Assembly: GCF_963921235.1 (NCBI RefSeq)
Contig: NC_086099.1
Coordinates: forward strand, 117,180,001-117,244,000
Origin: Mobula hypostoma
Lineage: Eukaryota
Direction: 5' to 3'
Length of the DNA stretch: 64,000 bases
The notes beneath the pieces were generated by a model. That model did no database searches. It was not told where the DNA came from and saw only the letters and a list, made by a program, of their open reading frames with translations. The translations under genes and the position numbers were made by a program. This document shows, in pieces, positions 48,401 to 59,020 of this stretch. Every line of letters begins with the position of its first letter. The stretch's first letter is position 1.

Positions 48401-51400
48401 TTTGAGAGGTTAGTCATGGCTGGAATCAATTCCTGCCTCAGCAAGGACCTCAACCCACTGTAATTCGCCTATCTCCACAATAGATGAATGGCAGATGTGT
48501 TCTCACTGGCTCTCCACATGGCTTTGGATCACCTGGACAACACTAATACCTATGTCAGGATGCTGTTTATTGACTATAGCTCAGTGTTTAACACCATCAT
48601 TTCTACAGTCCTGATTGATAAGCTACAGAACCTGGGCCTCTGTACCTCCCTCCCTCTGCAATCAGATCTTTGACTTCCTAACCAGAAGGCCACAATCTGT
48701 TCAGATTGGTGATAATATCTCCTCCTCGCTGATGATCAACACTGGTGCACCTCAGGGATGTGTGCTTAGCCCACTGCTCTACTCTCTCTGTACCCATGAT
48801 TGTGTGGATAGGCATAGCTCAAATATCATCTATAAATTTGCTGATGATACAACCATTGATGACAGAATCTCTGATAGAAACATAGAAACATAGAAAATAG
48901 GTGCAGGAGTAGGCCATTCGGCCCTTCGAGCCTGCACCGCCATTTATTATGATCATGGCTGATCATCCAACTCAGAACACCGCCCCAGCCTTCCCTCCAT
49001 ACCCCCTGATCCCCGTAGCCACAAGGGCCATATCTAACTCCCTCTTAAATATAGCCAATGAACTGGCCTCAACAGTTTCCTGTGGCAGAGAATTCCACAG
49101 ATTCACCACTCTCTGTGTGAAGAAGTTTTTCCTAATCTCGGTCCTAAAAGGCTTCCCCTCTATCCTCAAACTGTGACCCCTCGTTCTGGACTTCCCCAAC
49201 ATCGGGAACAATCTTCCTGCATCTAGCCTGTCCAATCCCTTTAGGATTTTATATGTTTCAATCAGATCCCCCCTCAATCTTCTAAATTCCAACGAGTACA
49301 AGCCCAGTTCATCCAGTCTTTCTTCATATGAAAGTCCTGCCATCCCAGGAATCAATCTGGTGAACCTTCTTTGTACTCCCTCTATGGCAAGGATGTCTTT
49401 CCTCAGATTAGGGGACCAAAACTGCACACAATACTCCAGGTGTGGTCTCACCAAGGCCTTGTACAACTGCAATAGTACCTCCCTGCTCCCGTACTCGAAT
49501 CCTCTCGCTATAAATGCCAGCATACCATTCGCCTTTTTCACCGCCTGCTGTATCTGCATGCCCACTTTCAATGACTGGTGTATAATGACACCCAGGTCTT
49601 GTTGCACCTCCCCTTTTCCTAATCGGCCACCATTCAGATAATAATCTGTTTTCCTATTTTTGCCACCAAAGTGGATAACTTCACATTTATCCACATTAAA
49701 TTGCATCTGCCATGAATTTACCCACTCACCCAACCTTTCCAAGTCACTCTGCATCCTCTTAGCATCCTCCTCACAGCTAACACTGCCACCCAGCTTCATG
49801 TCATCCGCAAACTTGGAGATGCTGCATTTAATTCCCTCATCCAAGTCATTAATATATATTGTAAACAACTGGGGTCCCAGCACTGAGCCTTGCGGTACCC
49901 CACTAGTCACCGCCTGCCATTCTGAAAAGGTCCCACTTATTCCCACTCTTTGCTTCCTGTCTGCTAACCAATTCTCCATCCACATCAATACCTTACCCCC
50001 AATACCGTGTGCTTTAAGTTTGCACACTAATCTCCTGTGTGGGACCTTGTCAAAAGCCTTTTGAAAATCCAAATATACCACATCCACTGGTTCTCCCCTC
50101 TCCACTTTACTAGTTACATCCTCAAAAAATTCTATGAGATTCGTCAGACATGATTTTCCTTTCACAAATCCATGCTGACTTTGTCCGATGATTTCACTGC
50201 TTTCCAAATGTGCTGTTATCACATCTTTGATAACTGACTCCAGCAGTTTCCCCACCACCGACGTTAGGCTAACCGGTCTATAATTCCCTGGTTTCTCTCT
50301 CCCTCCTTTTTTAAAAGTGGGGTTACATTAGCCACCCTCCAATCCTCAGGAACTAGTCCAGAATCTAACGAGTTTTGAAAAATTATCACTAATGCATCCA
50401 CTATTTCTTGGGCTACTTCCTTAAGCACTCTAGGATGCAGACCATCTGGCCCTGGGGATTTATCTGCCTTCAATCCCTTCAATTTACCTAACACCACTTC
50501 CCTACTAACAAGTATTTCGCTCAGTTCCTCCACCTCACTGGACCCTCTGTCCCTTACTATTTCTGGAAGATTATTTATGTCCTCCTTAGTGAAGACAGAA
50601 CCAAAGTAATTATTCAATTGGTCTGCCATGTCCTTGCTTCCCATAATCAATTCACCTGTTTCTGTCTGTAGGGGACCTACATTTGTCTTTACCAGTCTTT
50701 TCCTTTTTACATATCTATAAAAGCTTTTACAGTCAGTTTTTATGTTCCCTGCCAGTTTTCTCTCATAATCTTTTTTCCCCTTCCTAATTAAGCCCTTTGT
50801 TCTCCTCTGCTGAACTCTGAATTTCTCCCAGTCCTCAGGTGAGCCACTTTCTCTGACTAATTTGTATGCTTCTTCTTTGGAATTGATACTATCCCTAATT
50901 TCCCTTGTCAGCCATGGGTGCACTACCTTCCTTGATTTATTCTTTTGCCCAAGATTACTACCTTTGCGGTCCTTTTTCTCAACTCCCTTCCTAGCTCCCT
51001 ATATTCTCCTTTCAGGACCTCATCCCTTTTCCTACCTATGTCATTGGTACCTATATGTACCACGACATCTGGCTCCTCACCCTCCCACTTCAGGATATCT
51101 TGGACACGATCAGAAATATCCCGGACCCTGGCACCAGGGAGGCAAACTACCATCCGGGTCTCTGGACTGCGTCCACAGAATCACCTATCTGACCCCCTTA
51201 CTATCGAGTCCCCTATCACAACTGCCCTCCTCTTCCTTGCCCTACCCTTCTGAGCTACAGGGCCAGACTCTATGCCGGAGGCATGGCCACTGTCGCTTCC
51301 CCCGGGTAAGTTGTCCCCCCCAACTGTACTCAAACAGGAGTACCTATTGTTAAGGGGCACAGCCACCGGGGTACTCCCTATTACCTGACTCTTCCCCTTC

Positions 51401-52838
51401 CCCCTCCTAACCGTGACCCACTTGTCTGCCTCCTGTGGCCCCGGCGTGACCACCTGCCTTCCACTCCTCTCTATCAACTCCTCACTCTCCCTGACCAGAC
51501 GAAGGTCATCGAGCTGCAGCTCCAGTTCCGTAACGCGGTCCCTTAGGAGCTGCATCTCGATGCACTTGGCACAGATGTGGACGTCCGGGAGGCTTGGAGA
51601 CTCCAGGGCCTCCCACATCCGACACCGAGAACAGCAAACTGCCCTCACACTCATACTGCCCCTCTCCTCAAATAACAACAGAAAATGAATGTCAAACCTT
51701 CCTCGCCTCGCCCGCTTCCGCCTAAGCCCGTTGAGCCAAAGCCCTTAAGCCTTGATGGTGACAAGGAGATGTTCAGGAGATATAACAGCTACTTGAGTGG
51801 TGCCATAGCAACAACTTTAGTAAGACCAAAGGACTGATTTGTGGACTAGAAAGAGTAAGACGAGGGAACACAAACCAATTCTCAAAGAGTGATCAGAAGT
51901 AGAGAGAATGAGCAATTTCAAGTTCCTGGGTGTCAGTATTTTTGAGGACCTAGCCTATCCTAACAGTTATAAAGAAGGCAAGACAGCGGAGGCATTAGGA
52001 GTTTGAGGAGATTTGGTTTGTCACCTAAGACACGAAAACTTCTACAGATGTACTATGGAGAGCATTCTGACCGGCTTCATCGTTGTCTGGTATGGGGGTG
52101 GGGTATACTGCACAGGATTAAAATAAACTGCAGGAAGTTGTAAAATTAGTCAGCTCCATCATGGGTACGAGCCTCAGTAGTATCCAAGACATCTGCAAGG
52201 AGCAGTGCCTCAGAAAGTCTGCATGCATCATTAAGGACCCCCACCACCCAGGAAATGTCCTCTTCTCACTGCTACCATTGGGAAGGAGGTACAAAAGCCT
52301 GAAAGCACACACCCAATGATACAGGAACAGCTTCCTCCCCTCTGCCATCCGCTTTCTTAATGGACATTGGACCCATGAACACTACCTCACTAATTTTTAA
52401 ATTTCTGTTTTTGCACTACTTATTTTAATTAAACTGTTTATTATACAGACTGTATATATTCTAACTGTAATTCAGGTTTTCCCCTAAGTTTATTATGTAT
52501 TGCACTGCACTGCTGCTGCAAAGTTACAACTTTCACAACATATGCCAGTGATAATAAACCTGATTCTGAAGTACGGGCTAGAACTTTGGGCATAAATGCT
52601 GGGCTGAACAACGGGTAGAGTATGAGACTTCTCTCAAGAATTGACAATTAGGCAGTTCCACAGGGTAAAGTATCAGGTAGCAGACAAATTTCACTCTGTC
52701 TAGAAGTTTACCTTCATCACATTCTGAGGCCTCCCCAAGGCATCGGAAGCCGGTGAAAGAATCATCTTCTTCTTCTTCCCCCAGCAGAATATTCACCAGG
52801 TATTCAGTCTGTTCCTTAAATGATGCAGTCACTTCCAT
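30465..52838 (-). CDS. BCL2L15: Gene A: BCL2L15/BFK-like Bcl-2 family protein, 4 coding exons (52838-52712, 42185-42061, 38015-37800, 30485-30465), 162 aa
   Basis: Hand-spliced protein: [100 protein letters not shown]...[22 protein letters not shown]. All introns are GT-AG with matching phases 1/0/0. The N-terminus resembles the BFK start as I recall it (TFEEQTECIVNTLL). BH3 is LREMGD, BH2 is WVSNSNGW, and there is no TM segment. Confidence 0.85.
30820..31300. mobile_element. Tc1/mariner-like non-autonomous repeat; an inverted copy lies at ~62990-63432
   Basis: tactgtgcaaaagtcttaggcac-type termini; shared internal sequence between the two copies. Confidence 0.65.
32767..32870. repeat. Short ~16-17 bp tandem repeat (gggagaaggtgccctt)n
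   Basis: About 6 degenerate units visible. Confidence 0.8.
33060..36272 (+). mobile_element. 5'-truncated CR1 LINE with nonsense mutations, interrupted by a solo LTR
   Basis: RT motifs split by stops; (ttctatg)n tail; host sequence rejoins as ...attcccca|ggctgctcc. Confidence 0.95.
33330..34741 (+). mobile_element. Solo LTR (1412 bp), TGTCA...TGACA, 5-bp TSD CCCCA
   Basis: TSD at 33325-33329 and 34742-34746; AATAAA at ~34658; internal tandem repeats. Confidence 0.88.
37800..38015 (-). CDS. BCL2L15: Gene A coding exon 3 (216 nt, ends in BH2 Gly-Trp)
   Basis: Acceptor ctccaaag|; encodes ACELFSST...[12 protein letters not shown]; donor TGG|GTAAGT at the intron position typical of Bcl-2 BH2 (GW|). 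Confidence 0.88.
38620..41690 (+). mobile_element. Cluster of old nested CR1 fragments (gene A intron 2)
   Basis: Multiple [11 protein letters not shown] and KFAD remnants. Confidence 0.75.
42061..42185 (-). CDS. BCL2L15: Gene A coding exon 2 (BH3 exon, 125 nt)
   Basis: Acceptor ...tgatttag| after a T-rich tract; encodes [20 protein letters not shown]...HAKDQ; donor CAG|GTAGGT. Confidence 0.88.
42310..43410 (+). mobile_element. Old CR1 fragment
   Basis: Degenerate RT C-terminal motifs. Confidence 0.7.
43632..43915 (+). mobile_element. tRNA-derived SINE (second copy at 54790-55078)
   Basis: A-box ggccaagtgg and B-box-like ttcgagac; near-identical body at 54790. Confidence 0.85.
44347..48375 (-). 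mobile_element. Near-full-length RTE-clade LINE with (GAT)n tail and 10-bp TSD ACTCATATCT
   Basis: APE motifs [24 protein letters not shown] and NQIDFI; RT motifs FIDYTEAFD and FCYLGS; TSD at 44337-44346 and 48376-48385. Confidence 0.93.
46562..47257. mobile_element. Solo LTR (696 bp), TGT...ACA, 4-bp TSD TAGT (Gypsy-like), inside the RTE
   Basis: TSD at 46558-46561 and 47258-47261; the RTE frame NQIDFITI|NQRFRN is restored on removal. Confidence 0.85.
48876..51752 (-). mobile_element. Young CR1 of the same family as 7040-9898: 5' region + ORF1 (zinc finger, SGNH esterase) fused by internal deletion to ORF2 RT
   Basis: ORF1 motifs [24 protein letters not shown] and HIGTND; ORF2 nearly identical to the 7040 copy, with a 1-nt frameshift at ~50310; deletion junction at ~50949; short tgat duplication at the ends. 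Confidence 0.95.
52712..52838 (-). CDS. BCL2L15: Gene A coding exon 1 (127 nt, phase-1 end)
   Basis: ATG at 52838; encodes [20 protein letters not shown]...SECDE; donor AAG|GTAAAC. Confidence 0.85.
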
Positions 52839-52859
52839 TAGGAGAAGAAACTTTCAAGC

Positions 52860-53000
52860 AAAAGTTACCGTGACTGCCACTTCTTCCTTATAGTATGGCC
52901 TTGCACTTTAATCTCACAAGTGTACTTGACCACTCCCTATCAGTAACAGTAAATGTTTGCTTCTTCCACTTTCAGTGTAAGATGAGATACAGGAAATGTT
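52860..53000 (-). promoter_or_regulatory. Putative proximal promoter of gene A
   Basis: TATAAG about 50 nt upstream of the ATG; IRF-Ets composite GAAAGTGGAA (52973-52964); ETS core CAGGAAAT at ~52990. Confidence 0.4.
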
Positions 53001-54789
53001 GTAGATGAAGTAATCTTTTAGTACATCTGTCCCCAGAGTGACTGTGCATATTCCTTTCTCACTGCTATTGGTTGATTATCGTCACATGTACCAAATGCAG
53101 TCAAAAACTTGTTTTGCATACGGTTATACTGTTCATACAGATCAGATCATCACTCAGTGCATTAGGCTACAAAAAGGTAAAACAATAACTATGCAGGAAG
53201 TGTCAAAGCTATCAAAAAATGCAGTTCAGGTAAACGCTAATGTGCAGGTTCATGACAAGGTAGATTGTGAGGCCAAGAGTCTATCTTACTGTAAAGGATG
53301 TCCATTCAAGAATCTGACAACAGGATGGAAGCCTGGTGGTACGTGATTTCAGCTTTCAGGCTTTTGTGTCTTCTGCCCAGTGGTAGAGGGGAGAAGACAA
53401 TGTCTAGGGTGGGTGGGTTCTATGATTATGCTGGCTGCTTTATTGAGGCAGTGAAGTGGATATTGAGCCCATGAGCACTACCTCACAACATTTGTTTTCT
53501 CTTTTTGCACTATTTATTTAAATTAACTTTTAAAATATACATACCATAATTCACAGTTTTTTATTATTATGTATTGCAATGTATTGCTGCTGCATAACAA
53601 CTAATTTCATGACATACACCTGTGATATTAAACCTGATTCTTATTAGCCACCTCCTGCTGCCTGTTATTTTTTGCTTTCTCTCACTGAACCAAATTGAAA
53701 CCAACACCATTTTTCACTGGCTCCATGGGCTTTTACTTCCCTGATCTGATCTGTCAGGTACATTGGCTCTTGACAACAGCCTAGCAAAATTCCATGTAGA
53801 CTGTATTCAACGCACTGCCTCATCAACACTCCTGTTTGTGTAACTTCCTGTAAGAATTCAATCCAGTTTATCACTTTCACTAACCGTCACTGCCCTGCTT
53901 AACAATATAAACTGGCTGATGGGAGTTCCCCGAGGTTTCAGTGATCTTTGGGACTTAGCCTCTTCTACGTCATTGGTTTTCTTGTCTTCAGTAAACAAGG
54001 CCCAAAGCTTTGGAATTCCTCTAAAATGTTTAGTCACCTCTGAGTAACTCCACTGAATCCAGTGGCAAATTAGAGTCATAGGGTAACAGCACAGATACAG
54101 GCCCTTTGGGCCATCTAGTCTATGCTGAACTGATCTCCTGCCTAGTCACATGGACCATATCCCATCCATGTACCTATCCAACCTTCTCCTCGATGTTCCA
54201 ATACAACCTGCATCTACCACTTCTGCTGACAGCTCAATCCATACGCTCCATCCTCAGAGTGAAGGAGTTTCCCTCATGTTCCCCTTAAATGTTTCACTTT
54301 TCATCCTAAACCCATGACCTGAGGGGAAAGAGCCTGCATGAATTTGCCCTATCTGTACCTCTCATAACCTATAAGATCTCCCCTCATTCTTCTGTGCTCC
54401 ACAGAAGAAAATCCTCACCTATTCATCCTTTCATTATACAGTCATAGAAACAGGCCCTTTGGCCCATCTAGTCCATTCTGAGCTATTATTCTGCCTAGTG
54501 CTATTGACTGCAATGATGTTTCATTCGAACATGCATCCTCCACCTTCACTATCCACTAAGTGCATTCTACACTTGCACCACTATCTGAGTGAAGACATTC
54601 CCCTTAAATACTTCACTTTTCACCCTTAACCTATGACCCCTAGTTCTAATCTCACACATCTTCTACAGAAAAAGCCTGCTTGCACTTATCGTAGTTATAC
54701 CCCCATTGTTCAACTAAATTCTGCCTATTGCCTAACTTTTCATTAGTTAGAAGTGTCATACAAATGCAGATTGTAATTATTGTAAGTAG

Positions 54790-55078
54790 TGGTGCGTGGT
54801 CAAGTGGTTAAGACGTTCGTCTAGTGATCTGAAGGTCGCTAGTTCAAACCTCAGCTGAGGCAGCGTGTTGTGTCCTTGAACAAGGCACTTAACCACACAT
54901 TGCTCTGCGACGACACCGGTGCCAAGCTGTATTGGCCCTAGTGCCCTTCCCTTGGATAACATCGGTGGTGTGGAGAGGGGAGACTTGCAGCCAGTCTTCC
55001 ATACAACCTTGTCCAGGCCTGCGCCCTGGAAACCTTCCAAGGTGCAAATCCGTGGTCTCACAAGACTAACGGATGCCT
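54790..55078 (+). mobile_element. tRNA-derived SINE
   Basis: tggtcaagtggttaag...gttcaaacc head; same family as 43632-43915. Confidence 0.85.
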
Positions 55079-55974
55079 AATATTAAATTATTGATTCATA
55101 TACTATTTCTCAACACTCCGTGGTAATTTTTTATGTTTCTTTTCATATCTGTGACTTTGGGCAGTTTATTCTCTTAGCAAACAAGGTGAGTGGCTTGAAA
55201 TTCACCTGACCACGTTCAACAACGGGAAGTCCACAGGAAGAAAATGTCACTGAGTTCTGGAGCACAAGAACGGGCCATGCTGCCTTTTACACTTATCTAC
55301 CTCCTGTGTGGTCAGGGTCGGCCATAGATACTGCACCCTAGCTCTGTAGGATATGCAGGCCAGGGCAGTATGATATGAAGAGCAAGCAGTGACCCATGTT
55401 ACAAGCTGCCCCTCTCCACGTAGCTGATAATCCAAAGGAACTGCAGAGACCATTACAGTTTGGCACCAGTGGCATCACAGGAGTTGCCAATCAGCATTGA
55501 ACTCAACGTAGGACTGTCTTAGGAACTCCAACTCCAGATTTTTCCCTGGGATTTATTCCCGAAGACTTCCCTATCAGTGGGTATAGCCGCCAGGCAGTGA
55601 AGGTTTGAGATCAGAGTTTTCCTTCTCCTAGGTGAGCTGCCAACCATGGCTGACGAGCCCCAACTACCTCAGGTGACTAGCTTAAAGGCGCCAGTAACCT
55701 GCCTTTCCCTCTTCTCCTGAAGGTAGAAACAATTCCGCTGGGATTAGTAGCTAAACCATATCTGAAGTTCAGGAGCTGGACTTGGTTGTCAGAGGCTCTT
55801 AGGGATGCACACCATTGGGAGCATTTACTGTAATAGGTAGTGGGAGCTTATCCCCACGACCTCCTCTGGCTATCTCTTCCTCAAGGAACACCTATCTATT
55901 AAATCCATAGCCTTCTGTATTTCGGCAATTCAAAAGATTGTCCAGCTGCTTTTTTAAATAATAAAAACCTGAAA

Positions 55975-56460
55975 TAAAAGCCATACTTGGAATATTGCAT
56001 TTAATCCTGGGTGCCTCATTTTAGGAAGGATGTGGAAGATTTGGAGAGGGTGCAGAGGAGATTTACCAGGATGCTGCCTGGGCCAGAGGACATGTCTTAT
56101 GAAGATGGGTTGAGTGAGCTAGGGTCTTTCTCTTTGGAGCAAAGAACAACGAGTGGTGACAAGATAGTAAAAGCCTTCGAGATTGAGTGAATAGCCAGAG
56201 ATCTTTTTTCAGGGTGGAAATGACTTATGCAAGGGGGCACAATTCTAAGATGATTGGAAGAAAGTGAAGAGAAATGCCAGAAGTAAGTAATTTACCCAGA
56301 GAGTGGTACGGGCACAGAACGCTCTGCCGGGGTGGTGGTAGAGGCCAATACATCAGGGGCATTTGAGAATCTCTTAGATAGGCACAATGAATGAGGGAAC
56401 AATGGAGGGCGATGTAGGAGAGAAGTGCTGGATTGATCTTGAGTAGGTTAAAAGGTCTGT
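55975..56460 (+). mobile_element. CR1 3' fragment
   Basis: [24 protein letters not shown] remnant. Confidence 0.75.
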
Positions 56461-56899
56461 GTCCTACGTTTGAAAACAGAAAATGCTGGAGGTACTCAGT
56501 AGTTGACTAGCAGAGGAAGAAAAGGGTTAATGTTTTAGACTGATGGCCTTCTATTCACTTCCCCATTCCGAGAAAGGGTCATTAAACTAAAAAGTTAACT
56601 ATTTCTCTCTCCTTCAGTGATACCCAATGCGTTGAATATCCCCCAAATTATTTTTTTTTTATTCCGCATTCTATTAATAGAGCTAAGGTGATGTGGAAAA
56701 TCTAAAATGAAAACAGAAAATGCTCAAAGTATTCTTTCGACCAGACTGCAACAGTGTGATTAGATAGAGTGAATGTTTCAGGTTATAGACCTTTGTTGGA
56801 AACAATTTACTATAACTTTTCAACAGCTTTTTAAGCCGTCCTTTATCTAGCCATCTCAGTTAAAAAAACCAAGGGTCCTGTCTGTCTGTTAAAACCCAG

Positions 56900-57600
56900 G
56901 TAGTTTCAATATGAATTTTATTTTCGTAATTTGTTACCAGGGAGAAAGAAGTTCTTTCTCTATAACTGCTGATAAGAGTTTTTGTTTTTTGCCTTTGGTA
57001 AATGAAAGTTTCTCCTGACAGGAATTGGCAGCTAGATTACTCAGCTGGAAGGTTCCAAGTAGGAAGCATGCCAGTTTCTGTAAGTTCTAAATCAATACGA
57101 TCAGAGGTTAATGGCCAGGTTGTTTGCATTGCAAATAGATTGAACATAATAACATAACCACTCTGAGCAGATGATAGGCTGAAGGTGGGGGTAGGACTTG
57201 GTCACAGTGACACAAGCAGGAGGACAAAAACAGAAATATTGGAAATTTGTTTGGTCTTTGGAAACCGTCACCCTATTAATTCTCCCAGCGAAAGTATTTG
57301 TAAAAGCTGTGCAGGTGTGTTTATCCCATAGCCAGGAATAGAGATCATCCAGTCAAATCTCAGTTATTTTTAATGGTGCTTGCTGTGGATGAATGACCTG
57401 CTACATTTCTGATAATAAGAACACTGAGTGCAATATTGGGTGGTGAGGTGATTCGAGGCATTGGGCGAGTTCCTTCTTGTTAATGGTAAGTTGCAGATAA
57501 AGAATGCAGTCATGCTGCTTTAATTGGCGGGATGACGTTTCAGCTGTTTGTGAGTTCAGTAAGAGTTGTTCCAAACAAATTGACCCTGAGGTAAGATGAT
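56900..57600 (+). promoter_or_regulatory. Candidate promoter / non-coding first exon(s) of gene C
   Basis: Unique sequence with TATAAC (56961), CTGATAAG, and consensus donors GTAAGT (57080), ATG|GTAAGT (57486) and GAG|GTAAGA (57591). The gene C ATG exon opens with an acceptor, so an upstream exon must exist. Confidence 0.3.
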
Positions 57601-58544
57601 CTGTTACTTCCTGTTTTTTTTTCCCCTCTTCTTGAGCTGGGTTTCAGGTGATTTAAGGGAAAATTACTCCAATGCAAATCTAAACACCTGACTAAAATGA
57701 TTCAACCTTTATCCTGATTGCGTGTCTCCTCTCTTTAGCTAATCAACAAATCAGTTTCAGAGTGCATTGTGTTCTCATATTGGAAGTTATGTCGTTCTGT
57801 GATCTAAATGATGAATGTAAACTGCTCAGGCATATTGGAACCAGTCTTTCTACGGTCAAGGGAAGAGGTCTGTCCTCTACACTGATTCAGGTAGGCAATA
57901 AGGATCTAATTCCTTACTTCAAAAAATTCTTCAGCATTTGGGCATTGTTGGTAAAAGATGCTGATAGTATAGTCATTGGACAGGAATTCAAGGTTTCAGA
58001 CCGAGTGGCTTTGAAGGACTGGTGATAAATTTCCAAGGCAAATAGTCAATGGCTGAGAGGGGAACAGGAAGGTGATGGTGTGCCCCCATGCTTGAAGGCT
58101 TCCTCTTTCTGTAACTTAACTTCTAGACAATGAAACAGAAAGAGACACCATTCAACCCATCAACTTCATGCTATCTCTCAGCAGATGTAAAGGTTGTGGT
58201 TTTGGAAGGTATTGTTCCCCAGCTCAGGTGAGTAACTGCAAAGCAGTATTAGTAGTTGTACTGCTTATGGTGGTGGATGGTGTGATAATACTGAGAGTTG
58301 ATTTGTCCTGGAAGGTGTTAAATCTTTTGCTGTTGGTGGATCCTCACAATCGAGAGGAGTGGTGAATATCTTTATTCATGTTTGAGGAGGGAGGCTTGAG
58401 GGATCTGGAGATCAGCAACTTGCTGCAGGATATCCAGCTTTGACTGAAATTCATCATCATTGTATTATTGTAATTGGGCTTCACCTGGGCTGCTTCGTTA
58501 GCTGAAAGACTGCAAACAGAACAGAACATTGTGTAATCATAAAC

Positions 58545-59020
58545 AAGAGAGACTCTGCAGGTGCTGGAAATCCAGTGCAACACACACAAAATGCTGGAGG
58601 AACTCAGCAGGCCAGCCAGCATCTATGGAAATGAATAAATGGTCAACATTTCAGACTGAGACACTTCTTCAGGACTGGAAAGTAAGGGGGAAGATGCCAG
58701 AATAAAAAGGGGAAGAGGAAGGGAAGGAGGATAGCTAGAAGATGATAGGTGAAGCTGGGTAGGTGGGGAAGGTGAAGGACTAGAGAGGACAGAATCTGAT
58801 AAGAGAGGAGAGTGGACCATAGGAAAAAGGGAAGGAGGAGGAGATGCAGAGGGAGGTGATAGGCAGCTCAGAAAAGATAAGAGGTTGGAGTGGGGAATAG
58901 AAGAGTAGGGGAGGGCAGGGATTTTTTTATCAGAATGAGAAATCGATATTCATGCCATCAGATTGGAGTCTACCCAGATGGAATATAAGGTGTTGCTCCT
59001 CCACCCTGACGGTGGCCTTC
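58545..59020 (-). mobile_element. Penelope terminal fragment
   Basis: [22 protein letters not shown]; homologous to 17858-18330. Confidence 0.85.

Larger units (their letters stand above)
44100..52570 (+). mobile_element. Rex1/Babar-type LINE split into three pieces (44100-44346, 48376-48875, 51753-52570)
   Basis: The RT reads through the junctions: [10 protein letters not shown]...; [31 protein letters not shown]; ...SFLPSAI; 3' end aataaacctgattctga. Confidence 0.88.

Noticed and set aside
52911-52930. p53 response element upstream of gene A (CAAG/CTTG cores)
   Set aside because: The half-sites overlap and the flanks do not fit RRRCWWGYYY.
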